Shown piece by piece: positions 25,601-39,513 of a DNA stretch of 64,000 bases. The stretch comes from Pecten maximus (taxonomy: Eukaryota). Made by a program: the position numbers and the translations under genes. A model generated the notes under the pieces. The model was given only the letters and a program-made list of their open reading frames with translations, was not told the DNA's origin and did not search any database. The stretch spans positions 11,160,001-11,224,000 of the forward strand of contig NC_047016.1 in NCBI RefSeq assembly GCF_902652985.1. The letters are read 5' to 3'. Every line of letters begins with the position of its first letter. Position 1 is the first letter of the stretch.

Positions 25601-26522
25601 CAAACGGTCACCAGGTATATCTGTACCCCGCACCACTCGACACCCAATCATACCGCCTTTCTCTCTGGCAGTCTAACGATTGTGCCATTATTGTAAGGTT
25701 GATCCTCTAGTGTACCGTTGAATGTAAAATCTGTCAGATTGTGTCCGCTGAGGAAATGGTACATTAAAGGTGTTCACGCTAATATGGCCTATCACAAAGC
25801 CCAACCTAATCACTGCTTCGATTCCAACGGGTACAACGTAGTGCATTGATGTAACTCTAGATACAGTGCTCAAGGACAGGTCTCCATCCTCATCCTAAGG
25901 ATTTTTTTCTGTGTCAAAAAAAAAAAAATGTACAGAGAAATTATCTAGGACAAAATGCATTCTTGGATTAAGTATTTCAACAAAACATACATTAGACATC
26001 AATTTAATTAAAAGCCACATTCAAGTCGATAACCTCAACGACCAAGTCATCAACTGAGAGCATATTGTCGTTATGACAGTGACGATCACATTTGAAAATC
26101 AAGAAAACTAGTTATGGATGAATAAATCCGCGATCGTACAGAGTGTGTGAGGATATTCGTCATTAACGAGTCTTTATGGCGGTTCCGCTAAAAAAATATT
26201 ACAAATAATGCTTATTTGACTTTATGTTAAAACGGATTTCTAAAATATTACTGTTCACTTCCGAAAAATACGAACCCAGACACTGTAAGGCCAAAACGCC
26301 GAGAAGTGATACCACTTATACACAATCTTGTTTGTCTTTTATCGTGATTCAATAAAATGAAAGCATTGTACCATTGACTAAGAACACGCGTGGTATATTC
26401 TATATAGGACAGGTATGTTGGCTCCCTCTTGTTATACCAATTATACTATACAATAAAACTGTAAAAATAGCCCTACTCGAAATTCCGATAATCCATATAC
26501 ATTTGTATTTTTCTTTCTATTT

Positions 26523-26650
26523 CAAAATGAAATCAGCGATTGTAGATTATTTAAAATGAAATCAGCGATGATCGATTATGTAAAATGAAATCAGCAATGA
26601 TTGATAATGTAAAATGAAATCAGCAATGATTGATTATGTAAAATGAAATC
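26523..26650. repeat. Short minisatellite, ~29-bp unit, ~4.5 copies
   Basis: AAAATGAAATCAGCRATGATTGATTATGT repeated. Confidence 0.85.
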
Positions 26651-28825
26651 GTTATCGATACATCATTTTGCATTTATCTTTTTTCGACTTAGTTTGTTAC
26701 CTTGCATGCTATACATCGATTAAATACTGTCTTTAAACAAAACCGTAATTCTATCTAAAGCCGATAAACGAGAGTAAGAACACGTCGTACACGACCATAT
26801 ATTTACATATATCACTTTATTCACATGAGAAATCAGCTGTTACCTGTAAATGAAAAACTAGGTAACCGTGGGCTTATAGGAACAAAAGTAACCGATATAA
26901 TTAATTGTACCGGAAGTAGGCGGTAGTCAGTTTCGTCAGACTAGTGGTGTAAGATATTATGTTATTTTCGACAGAATTATAGTGTAGAATATCACTGTTA
27001 TTGCCGATTTGTGGTGTTGTCTATTTTCTGACAATGAACTCCGTAGTATTTTGCTAGTTTCGTCAGACTTGTGGTGTTGGCTGTTTTTCCACTAATAGAT
27101 GATTAAGGTTAACATATTGATGGTATTATTAAAAAAGTTAAAATCAATAAAAAGAAGTTGAACAAAAATGTCATTTCAGTTATGCGAAATTCTTTTTTCC
27201 AATTGTACTTTTCTCGTGCCAAAAGGGCCGACTTTGACTGTATTTAATGTCATGGGACTGTTTTGTTGTTTAATATGTAGTAGACAAGTCCACAATTTGT
27301 GTACATTTGAGATTTTACAAGATCTACAAGTGGAATCTGTTGTTTGAGTAAGGACTGGTGGATTGTAAAACATTATCTGTGATTGTTACTGTAATAGACG
27401 TCCCCTGACCATTGTCGATACTATGACTGTTCTCCGATGTTACTATTATATAAATCAACATCTCAATGCTTTAAGGTGACAAAGTTACCTAGTCTAGTTT
27501 AGTTATGTCATCCTGATTGACTTTACTAACGGATAGTTTATACTCAATCGTACTACTCCGATACACACAAACACGTATACTATTTCTATATAGAACTCGA
27601 TACGGTTTGAAAGCGGAAATTTCGGATTTATTTTACAAAATCAAAGCCAGAGTTGTATTTGATTTGACGGATGTTTTAAACCTTAGTTGAAATCTGTAGA
27701 TCGACTGAATAGCTATATCTCATCACACGTTTGGTATTTAATTTGTGAAGATCACAAGCAAGCTCGCAGAATCGACAGATCTACAGTTAGATATCACAAG
27801 GTAATACCACAACAATCAAAACACGATTCTGTATAATTTAATTAAGTTGTAAACGTCAATAAAACAATACTAATGTTATCTTCTAGTCCTCTTAGTAAAA
27901 CGCCACCGACATGGGCTTGATTTACGGGTAAATTACTCTACAAAGTTGTAGTACAGAAAATAGACTTGTCATCGAAACGTTGATAGAGTTTTGATATCGC
28001 CAACATAAATTGACTTTGACAGTGAGCCGAGATAGGATGTCCCAGAGCCAACACCTTACGTACAGATCAGTGTACACAGAGACGATTCGGTCAAAACGTT
28101 ATCAGATCTGTCGACAATACATTACAGGTGATTCTACCTATTTCGAACCACTCATCTTTGAAATTCGAGACGAAAATAACAGTAACGAGATAAGAATGCT
28201 CATTCGTTATATCTACTTCTGATCATTTGTTTCAACTTGACAAACCGCAAATAATGACTTTAAACCTGCCGATGTGGGTGTAGTATTGGTAACGAAGGAT
28301 ACAGTAGGTGTAGTGATATTATTGTGTAAAGTGCACTCTCGTCATATTACCGAACGTAGTTTACAAATAATACGGTTAGCGTGTATAAAACGCATTCAGC
28401 ATTACCGAAATCCATTAAAAGTTCTTCTGAGAGCCTTTAGAACAACAGTTAAAATCCCAAATATGTTGTTAATTTGTTTTTCATTTTAAATTAGTTAACG
28501 TTAATCCCGTTTGGCCACTTGGTATTGTAGATTTTCATTTGTTATAGCCGTTTTCCTGTAGTGTGACTGAAAGGTGTACGAAATTACACCTTAATGTCAT
28601 TGGGGTTTAGGGTACCATGTGTCGGTAACGTTCCGGTAACACCGAATCTTTTCCTGTGCGTGTGTTCGGATAGCTGTAATGATGATTGTACGAGATTCAA
28701 CGGAATCCGGGTGGAAATACGCTTCTAATCAAATACAAATCTGCGTTTTTAAAATCATTTTGAGGTGTTTCAATTGGTACAGTCATTGTCAAAGGTCAAC
28801 AGGGATATATATGAATATACATCGC

Positions 28826-28984
28826 AGTGAACAATGGATGAAAGAACTACAATGTATTACCATAGTAGTGAACAATTGATGGAAGAACTACAACGTATTA
28901 CCATAGTAGTGAACAATTGATGGAAGAACTACAATGTATTGTTATAGCAGTGAACAATTGATGGAAGAACTGAAATGTATTACA
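28826..28984. repeat. Short minisatellite, 41-bp unit, ~4 copies
   Basis: AGTGAACAATTGATGGAAGAACTACAATGTATTACCATAGT repeated. Confidence 0.88.
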
Positions 28985-29477
28985 ATAACAACAACGTATT
29001 TAGACTAACAGCTAACAGTAAGTACTTTAACAAGCTCCAACTCATTTTGGCATGAATGTATCTTGGTTTTCAGTCTTTAAGCATTACAGTAACGCCAAAT
29101 ACGATAAACAATGGATTGCTCAAAAAGGTAAACAATGGGATAATTAATTCTTGTGGAAGTTTTTATCCTTATAATGATGGTACAGTTTCTGAAATGAGAC
29201 TATTTTACGGATAATGTTGTCATTAAGACAGCCAAACGTCGTGCCAGTTACCTTTTGTACGAGATGCTTACGGAAACAAGTCGTTTTTGTATCTGTTGAT
29301 AACAATGTCTATTGTGTCGATATCTGCTGAGCTATATTACTTACTGTAACCGGAATAAGCTTTGAGATGAAAAATATACTAGTTAGATATCTATTTCATT
29401 TCTCACTCGATTTTTATTAATGAAACAGTGTTCTGGGTGTTATACTGCCATAAACGTGCATGGTGACCCTAAACAGC

Positions 29478-31951
29478 TGTACATACTGATTGTAAATATA
29501 TATTACATACTGATTGTAGTTATACAGTACATACTGATTGTAGTTATATATTACATACTGATTGTAGTTATACAGTACATACTGACTGTAGTTATACAGT
29601 ACATACTGATTGTAGTTATACAGTACACACTGATTGTAGTTATACAGTACATACTGATTGTAGTTATATATTACATACTGATTGTAGTTATATATTACAT
29701 ACTGATTGTAGTTATACAGTACACACTGATTGTAGTTATATATTACATACTGATTGTAGTTATACAGTACACACTGATTGTAGTTATACAGTACACACTG
29801 ATTGTAGTTATACAGTACATACTGATTGTAGTTATATATTACATACTGATTGTAGTTATACAGTACATACTGATTGTAGTTATACAGTACATACTGATTG
29901 TAGTTATACAGTACACACTGATTGTAGTTATACAGTACATACTGATTGTAGTTATACAGTACATACTGATTGTAGTTATACAGTACGTACTGATTGTAGT
30001 TATACAGTACATGCTGATTGTAGTCATACAGTATATACTGATTGTAGTCATACAGTACATACTGATTGTAGTTATACAGTACATACTGATTGTAGTTATA
30101 CAGTACATACTGATTGTAGTTATACAGTACATACTGATTGTAGTTATACAGTACATACTGATTGTAGTTATACAGTACACACTGATTGTAGTTATACAGT
30201 ACATACTGATTGTAGTTATACAGTACACACTGATTGTAGTTATACAGTACATACTGATTGTAGTTATACAGTACATACTGATTGTAGTTATACAGTACAT
30301 ACTGATTGTAGTTATACAGTACATACTGATTGTAGTTATATATTACACACTGATTGCAGTTATACAGTACACACTGATTGTAGTTATACAGTACACACTG
30401 ATGGTAGTTATACAGTACATACTGATTGTAGTTATACAGTACATACTGATTGTAGTTATACAGTACATACTGATTGTAGTTATATATTACATACTGATTG
30501 TAGTTATACAGTACATACTGATTGTAGTTATACAGTACACACTGATTGTAGTTATATATTACATACTGATTGTAGTTATATATTACATACTGATTGTAGT
30601 TATACAGTACACACTGATTGTAGTTATACAATACATACTGATTGTAGTTATACAGTACACACTGATTGTAGTTATACAGTACATACTGATTGTAGTTATA
30701 CAGTACATACTGATTGTAGTTATACAGTACACACTGATTGTAGTTATACAGTACACACTGATTGTAGTTATACAGTACATACTGATTGTAGTTATATATT
30801 ACATACTGATTGTATTTATACAGTACATACTGATTGTAGTTATACAGTACACACTGATTGTAGTTATATATTACATACTGATTGTAGTTATATATTACAT
30901 ACTGATTGTAGTTATATATTACATACTGATTGTAGTTATACAGTACACACTGATTGTAATTATATATATTACATACTGATTGTAGTTATATATTACATAC
31001 TGATTGTAGTTATACAGTACACACTGAATGTAGTTATACAGTACACACTGATTGTAGTTATATATTACATACTGATTGTAGTTATACAGTACATACTGAT
31101 TGTAGTTATATATTACACACTGATTGTAGTTACACAGTACATACTGACTGTAGTTATACAGTACATACTGATTGTAGTTATACAGTACATACTGATTGTA
31201 GTTATACAGTACACACTGATTGTAGTTATACAGTACATACTGATTGTAGTTATATATTACATACTGATTGTAGTTATACAGTACATACTGATTGTAGTTA
31301 TATATTACATACTGATTGTAGTTATACAGTACATACTGATTGTAGTTATACAGTACATACTGATTGTAGTTATACAGTACATACTGATTGTAGTTATATA
31401 TTACACACTGATTGTAGTTACACAGTACATACTGACTGTAGTTATACAGTACATACTGACTGTAGTTATACAGTACATACTGATTGTAGTTATACAGTAC
31501 ATACTGATTGTAGTTATACAGTACACACTGATTGTAATTATACAGTACACACTGATTGTAGTTATACCGTACATACTGATTGTAGTTATACAGTACACAC
31601 TGATTGTAGTTATACAGTACACACTGATTGTAGTTATACAGTACATACTGATTGTAGTTATATATTACATACTGATTGTAGTTATACAGTACACACTGAT
31701 TGTAGTTATACAGTACACACTGATTGTAGTTATACAGTACATACTGATTGTAGTTATATATTACATACTGATTGTAGTTATACAGTACATACTGATTGTA
31801 GTTATACAGTACACACTGATTGTAGTTATACAGTACATACTGATTGTAGTTATATATTACACACTGATTGTAGTTATACAGTACATACTGATTGTAGTTA
31901 TACAGTACACACTGATTGTAGTTATACAGTACATACTGATTGTAGTTATAC
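29478..31951. repeat. Minisatellite, 24-bp unit, ~103 copies
   Basis: Unit TTATACAGTACAYACTGATTGTAG with a TATATTAC variant. Source of the 344-519 aa ORFs on both strands. Confidence 0.98.
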
Positions 31952-32719
31952 AATATATAACCATATAGATTTCATGTTTACTAGCTGTAAACTCTTCAAT
32001 AACTCCTTAATGCTTTTATGTCTGTAATCCGGACATAGCTTACCGGAGACAGCTTAGAGAATTAGACAAGACCTGAGCACCCGGATGAGAGATAGTTTGT
32101 CCCCTGTCTATCATAGGTGTTAGTTTCCTGTCACACCGCGCTCCGTAATTGCCGTAAAGCGGCCAACTTCCTGCTGTGCATTGCTGATGTCCGAGGTACG
32201 ACAACTACCTTGGCCGCCGTCTGTCAGAAGTGAGACAGTGGTTATAGAAGCCATACACTCACATCTGCAGGTACTTACTACAATACAGCTTGGTTAGAAA
32301 TACATTTAATCAGGCTTGTGGCGAAAAAAAGGTGACGATTACCAAATGGCGTGAACACATTATCACCTAGATTGTCAAAAGCCACATCTATAACAAAGAC
32401 AGTCCGACCTGGCCTAAATGCTCTTTTAAAGTTTGGCTTCGTCATGCGAACATTGCCAACCTCTTGCTATCAACGAACATCTGCAATCAAAGAGTTACGA
32501 TATATTTAATTGATACATGTTGTTCATTGTTTTCTTTTGATGTGATTTTTTTAATGGCTTAGAGGGTTGTAAAATTAGTTTTAAGTCTACTTTGAGTGAT
32601 TTTGTGCAGCACATTCATTTTCATCAAGCGTCAGGGCACTCTGTGTCTGTATTAATGTTCATGTATTGCTAATATGCATGTAGGTTTAACCAGTGTTGTA
32701 AAGCACTGTTGCTGGTAAT

Positions 32720-33787
32720 GTGAGTTGGTGGTGTTGTAGAGTATTTTTGTGTATATTTAGTGAGTTGATAGTGTTGTAGAGTATTTTTGTTTATATTTTA
32801 GTGAGTTGGAAGTGTTTCAGAACAGTGTTAATTATGTTAAAGTGATTTCAAAGTGTTTCAGAACAGTGTTGTTTATATTAAAGTGAGTTTGTAGTGTTGT
32901 AGAATATTGTTGTTTATATCTAAGTGAGTTGATAGTGTTGTAGAGCATTGTTGTTTATGTTTCAGTGGGTTGGTAGTGTTGTAGAAGAGTGTTGTTTATA
33001 TTAAAGTGAGTTTGTAGTGTTGTAGAATATTGTTGTTTATATCTAAATGAGTTGGTAGTGTTGTAGAACATTGTTGTTTATGTTTGATTGAGTTGGTAGT
33101 GTTGTTGAACATTGTTGTGTATGTTTGATTGAGTTGGTATTGTTGTAGAACATTGTTGTGTATGTTTGATTGAGTTGGTAGTGTTGTAGAACATTGTTGT
33201 TTATGTTTGAATGAGTTGGTAGTATTGTTGAACATTGTTGTTTATGTTTGATTGAGTTGGTATTGTTGTAGAACATTGTTGTTTATGTTTGATTGAGTTG
33301 GTAGTGTTGTAGAACAGTGTTGTTTATGTTTGATTGAGTTGATTGTGTTGTAGAACATTGTTGTTTATGTTTCAGTGGGTTGGTAGTGTTGTAGAACATT
33401 GTTATTTATGTTTCAGTGGGTTGGTAGTGTTGTAGAAGAGTGTTGTTTATATTAAAGTGAGTTTGTAGTGTTGTAGAATATTGTTGTTTATATCTAAGTG
33501 AGTTGGTAGTGTTGTGGAACATTGTTGTTTATGTTTGAATGAGTTGGTAGTGTTGTTGAACATTGTTGTGTATGTTTGATTGAGTTGGTATTGTTGTAGA
33601 ACATTGTTGTTTATGTTTGATTGAGTTGGTAGTGTTGTAGAACATTGTTGTTTATGTTTAAGTGAGATGGTATTGTTGTAGAACATTGTTGTTTATGTTT
33701 GATTGAGTTGGTATTGTTGTAGAACATTGTTGTTAATGTTTAAGTGAGATGGTATTGTTGTAGAACATTGTTGTTTATGTTTTAGTG
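32720..33787. repeat. GT-rich minisatellite, 41-bp unit, ~26 copies
   Basis: Unit GTGTTGTAGAACATTGTTGTTTATGTTTGATTGAGTTGGTA; left copies are more diverged. Confidence 0.95.
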
Positions 33788-35661
33788 AAAGGACATTGTT
33801 TGTTTCTTAGAGGGTTTCTGTTGTTTGAAAGTTTTGTGTATGTGTGTCTATGTTGTGTTAGCCTTTTACTTGTTTTTGATACTGTCTTTGTATGTGTTAT
33901 AAATATAACGTTTCTCATTGGTACACATTGTTTCGTTTCATTAAGATGTAGTATATGTTAATAAAACATTTACCATCGGCTGATTGTTTAATGTCCTCCA
34001 TATGTTTTCCAACTCTATCAATTGTTAATGTCATCTCCAGTTAACCGTATACATGTGGGCCAGCGAACCACTTTGATTACTTCACTTCCCATCCGGGAAC
34101 TTTATTATGAACTATGTATTGTATTTCTCTTGTTCAGTATTTTACATTTTCATAAGATATAAAATTGGATACTAAAATGGAAATTAAAATTTCAACATAT
34201 ATGGTCCATGCAGTAATATAAGGTGAAACCGTCGGAAGATTCAATTGTTAAATAAACCTCTCTGGATGTCATCGTGTGCATAATTGTCAGGATGCAACAA
34301 TAGTAAGACCTAAACACGTTCACGTAAGCGATACGTCGAGTTGAGAAACTGATACATTGCAAGATAATACCAAATGGAGTAATCTACTTCTTTGAAGCCA
34401 CCCCTACACTTTGACCAGAAGGGTATCAAAACCTGCTCTTTTCATGAGACAGATTTCCTTTTTATCCTAACCATCGCCTGATAGGTAGATTGGCGGGTTG
34501 TGTAGAGGCTGTCAATCTCAGTGCCCATCTGAATCCCTTAAATGGTCTGTTTATATACGGACGTGTGTGGAGTCGACCTGTGTCCGCCACGACATAGCAA
34601 GGTGATGGCGGTCTGTAGTGATAGAACTACCCGGTCAAAGGTCATTGTGGTGTAATTATGACGTGAACATTGACAGACAGTTTGATACTCATGTGTGACA
34701 AAACAGGAAGCTAGGCTGGGGATATACCCGTGTCCCGGCAATATACAGGAGGTTGTCATCTTCCGGTAAGTGTGTATGTCAAATCTGCTTAATAGTGCAT
34801 TTACGCATACACATGTTGTTGAAGCATATTGTACGCTTATCTATATGCCCTCATATGTACGGATACTTTTTATGTTGAATATAGAGCGAAGTAAACTGAA
34901 CCTTGGCGGTATGGAGTTTGCTTAGACTAAGATTATTATAGGATAAGATGAAATATAAACCATAGCAACACCAGAGTGAACCAAATACGCTTCATAGGGT
35001 ATAAAAGTAATGTTGTGTAACACAAACCATGAATTATACCGACGTTATGTTTTATACAAGACAGCGGCATGTGATACCATTCTCATAGTATATCTAATTA
35101 CAAGTTTATGTGCACACCTCTTCCACGGCCCAATTACAGAAGAATAGACAAATTATTCGCGTACTGTTATGTTTTCAAATTTCAAATATTTAATTGAATT
35201 TTATATCAATGTCTGCTAAAGAAAACATCCAAGCGTTTGAAATATCAGAGGCTAAAGGATATTTATGTTTGCAAGCCTTTAACGTCTACGTGTCGCGGGA
35301 GCCAGGGCTGTGGAAGGGTGTCAGCCCACCTATTGTATGTGACATGCTGCAATTAACGTCGGGGCATGGCTGAGGTGATTTGCGTTAGATCTGGACACAA
35401 TCAAACTGACCCATATGTATGTTTGGATTGTATAAATAGCTACAGACCGGAGTTTAGTTTAGTGAACTTTAAATCTTATATTTTGATCTTTGTTAATAAG
35501 GGATTAGGCTGTCTGTTGACATTTAACTGTGCACTACTACGTAACATATTATCAGCGTCGCTGTTTACGACGTTATGCTAGCCTTATTGTTGGTTTCATG
35601 GTATTTCAGGGGGCCATGTTTTCTTAATTATGTAGTTCTATTTGCACATCGTAAGTGTCAT

Positions 35662-36228
35662 TTATTTTATTTGTGATGTCAACTCGTTACCTGTAAGTTC
35701 CTTTATTTTATTTGTGATGTCACCTCCCTACCTGTAAGTGTCCTTTGTTTTGTTTGTGATGTCACCTCGTTACCTGTAAGTTTCCTTTGTTTTGTTTGTG
35801 ATGTCACGTCGTTACCTGTAAGTGTCCTTTGTTTTGTTTGTGATGTCACTTCGTTACCTGTAAGTGTCCTTTGTTTTGTTTGTGATGACACCTCGTTACC
35901 TGTAAGTGTCCTTTGTTTTGTTTGTGATGACACCTCGTTACCTGTAAGTGTCCTTTGTTTTGTTTGAGATGTCACCTCGTTACCTGTAAGTTCCTTTGTT
36001 TTGTTTGTGATGTAACCTCGTTACCTGTAAGTGTCCGTTGTTTTGTTTGTGATGACACCTCGTAACCTGTAAGTGTCCTTTGTTTTGTTTGTGATGTCAC
36101 CTCGTTACCTGTAAAATCCTTTGTTTTGTTTGTGATGTCACCTCGTTACCTGTAAGTGTCCTTTGTTTTGTTTGTGATGTCACCTCGTTACCTGTAAGTG
36201 TCCTTTGTCTTATTTTTGATGACATCTC
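35662..36228. repeat. Minisatellite, 42-bp unit, ~13.5 copies
   Basis: Unit TTTGTTTTGTTTGTGATGTCACCTCGTTACCTGTAAGTGTCC. Confidence 0.96.
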
Positions 36229-37989
36229 GGTGTTTTTTTCGTTCCTGTTTATCCATCATTGGTGATGTTTTTGTATATTTGTTATATATAATGCTTTATT
36301 TTCTTTCTCTCTAGTTCAATGAGAATAAATGAGATAGGTTTGTGATCAAAATATCATTATTTTATGTTATATAGTAGCCTCATAAATTGTCTATACAGTA
36401 TGGTCAATACATCATCGTTATACCATATCATACCAGTGAAGCTTACACGTTAAACCAATATGATAATTAAGATGTAATACTGATAGAATACGCTACAGCC
36501 ACATTGAGAACAAATCTACATATTTGAATGAATTTATGGATGTAGCAGCTAAATAATGCTTAGAATACATTGAATTACACAATATGTAAGCGTAATTCAG
36601 CACTAATTGCTATAGGCCAATATATATACAGTTATAGAATGACTAAATCGGTTATCTAAAGCGGGTACCTACCCTGTCCATAATCCACTCTAACGCATAG
36701 CGTCACCCAAGGTCACGCGGACCAGCTGATTCATCTAACAGTTATTTTTATTGATAAGAAAACATTCGCCTAGATAAATACGTTACTGAAATAGCTTAAT
36801 GTATGCAGGGTTATCGCCCCTCTTCCAAAGGTTATCTCCCTTGTCAGTGACAACGATACAAATAACATTATGTCATTATAGGTATAAAGTGCCTCTTGTC
36901 TGTAGAAATGATGTTGCAATTTTGCCTAAGATTGTACTGGTGTGAGTATTCATCTAAATTTCTATATCCATTTTCAGTTCCCATTGGCTTTCATTGTTTT
37001 CATTGCTACGTCTATTTTCAATATTTATATAAAGGTACTAAAACTAAGTACACTTGTACCACCAGTCATTTCTTTGTGTGTTTTTGTTTGTTTGTTTTCG
37101 TTTCTTTTATTTTATCATTAAATTTTGATAACAGCACGTCCATGTCGCGCGTGGTCTTGTTAGGCAATAGACAGTCACGTGTTGTTATTAAGCTTATAAA
37201 TGTTATAAACAATATTGCCAGCATGTTACGTTTACCCATGCTTCTATGACTGTGAACACTTTCCAATTCATTGATGGATTTGTCAGTATATGATGACTTT
37301 GTCAACTTTCGGTATTTATATTAATCAGACACCACACCTAAGCTCATGAAACGTATATTAAAACAAATCGGCGAGGCCAACGACCTAAGTAATAAGATAT
37401 TACTGGCTCTATATATTCAGTCACACTTAAGTGGTTATCATTCTCATGGAAATACTTGTATTGAACAAAGAAAAGCTCTAAAAGTCAAACGCTTAAATCA
37501 ACTCTGTCTACATTTTCTTTACAAGTTAAGGTATACCTTCAATTACCTGCGCAGTGAACCTATAGAGGTCAAAGGTCGCAACCCCCTGACTGACAAATAA
37601 ATATACATCCACTGTGCATGTTCACATGGGATTGCTATGATTGCTACCCGATCAGTGTCTCGGAGCCTCTTCTTGGTGATTTTGGGTTTACCGTACACTC
37701 TGTAATTGTAGGCCTGCAAGCCTAACTAGGAATTCAGGAGGTATTTTCTTACTATAAAATAATCGCTGTGTAATACGATATGTACAAATTGTTATCCTTG
37801 GGTACGATCTATACAAATTCTTGAACATTTCACACTAAAGGTGACAAGTGTTTTGGTTAATTCTTTATCCTTAATCCACTAGAACCAGTATTATGATTTT
37901 TGTTCTTTATTCGTTTTCAACCTGATGGAAAATCGACATGAGGATGTACCGACGGGTTTATATTCTGGCTTGTTGAACTCTGTACAGCT

Positions 37990-38080
37990 TGTTTGTGACA
38001 GTTCTTGTTTGAATGTATTGTCGACAACTTCTGTTTGTGACAGTTCTTGTTTGAATGTATTGTCGACAACTTCTGTTTGT
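37990..38080. repeat. Perfect tandem duplication, ~43 bp x2
   Basis: TGTTTGTGACAGTTCTTGTTTGAATGTATTGTCGACAACTTC twice, followed by TGTTTGT microhomology. Confidence 0.85.
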
Positions 38081-38175
38081 TTTACTTGTTGATGTGTTCA
38101 TCAGAATAGGAGTAATCAAAAGATAAATCTGAAACTATGTTTACACTGAAATTATCATAAAACAAACTAATACAG

Positions 38176-38567
38176 TCCTAAACCTGTATACCCACTGACA
38201 TAATCCTAAACCTGTATACCCACTGACATAATCCTAAACCTGTATACCCACTGACATAATCCTAAACCTGTGTACCCACTGACATAATCCTAAACCTGTA
38301 TACCAACTGACATAATCCTAAACCTGCGTACCAACTGACATAATTCTAAACCTGCGTACCCACTGACATAATCCTAAACCTGTGTACCCACTGACATAAT
38401 CCTAAACCTGCGTACCCACTGACATAATCCTAAACCTGTGTACCCACTGACATAGTCCTAAATCTGCATACCCACTGACATAATCCTAAACCTGTGTACC
38501 CACTGACATAGTCCTGAACCTGCGTACACCCTGACATAGTCCTACATCTGCATACCCACTGACATAA
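38176..38567. repeat. Minisatellite, 28-bp unit, ~14 copies
   Basis: Unit TCCTAAACCTGYRTACCCACTGACATAA. Confidence 0.96.
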
Positions 38568-38577
38568 TGCTTAATCA

Positions 38578-39513
38578 ATGCTGGTCCCTGGTAAACGAGT
38601 GTAACTACAGTGCTGGTCCCTTGTCGCCTAGTGTAACTACAGTGCTGGTTTCTGGTGTTCCCTTGTCACCCGGTGTAACTACAGTGCTGGTCCCTTGTCA
38701 CCTAGTGTCGCTACAGTGCTGGTCCCTGGTCACCTGGTGTAACTACAGTGCTGGTCCTTGGTCACCTGGTGTAACTACAGTGAAGGTTACCTGGTCACCT
38801 GGCGTAACTACAGTGCTGGTCCCTGGTCACCTAGTGTAACTACAGTGCTGGTCCTTGGTCACCTGGTGTAACTAAAGTGAAGGTTACCTGGTCACCTGGC
38901 GTTACTACAGTGCTGGTCCCTGGTCACCCGGTGTAACTCCAGTGCTGGTCCCTGGTAACCTGCTGAAACTACATTGATGGTCCCTTATTACCCGGTGTAA
39001 CTACAGTGCTGGTCCCTGGTTACCCGAGGTAACTAAAGTGAAGATCCCTTGTCATCCGGTGTAACTACAGTGTTGGTCCCTTGTCACCTAGTGTCGCTAC
39101 AGTGCTGGTCCCTGGTTACCGGGTGTAACTACAGTGCTGGTCCATTTACACCCGGTGTAACTACAGTGCTGGTCCCTGGTCACCTGGTGTAACTCCAGTG
39201 CTGGTCCCTTGTCACCTGGCGTAACTACAGTGCTGTTCCCTGGTCACCTAGTGTCGCTACAGTGCTGGTCCCTTGTCACCTGGTGTAACTACAGTGCTGG
39301 TCCCTTGTCACCTGGCGTAACTACAGTGCTGGTCCCTGGTCACCTTGTGTAACTCCATTGCTGGTCCCTGGTCACCTTGTGTAACTCCAGTGCTGGTCCC
39401 TGGTCACCTGGTGTAACTACAGTGCTGGTCCCTGGTCACCTTGTGTAACTCCAGTGCTGGTCCCTGGTCACCTAGTGTAACTACAGTGCTGGTCCCTGGT
39501 CACCTGGTGTAAC
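38578..39513. repeat. Minisatellite, 32-bp unit, ~29 copies
   Basis: Unit GGTGTAACTACAGTGCTGGTCCCTGGTCACCT; starts ~10 bp after the previous array. Confidence 0.96.

Noticed and set aside
26929-27070. Two GTTTCGTCAG motifs suggesting a hammerhead ribozyme core
   Set aside because: CTGA and GAAA overlap with no stem II; simply a degenerate local duplication.
29417-31953. Long ORFs of 344-519 aa
   Set aside because: Pure read-through of a 24-bp stop-free unit on both strands, with almost no unique domain and no exon context.
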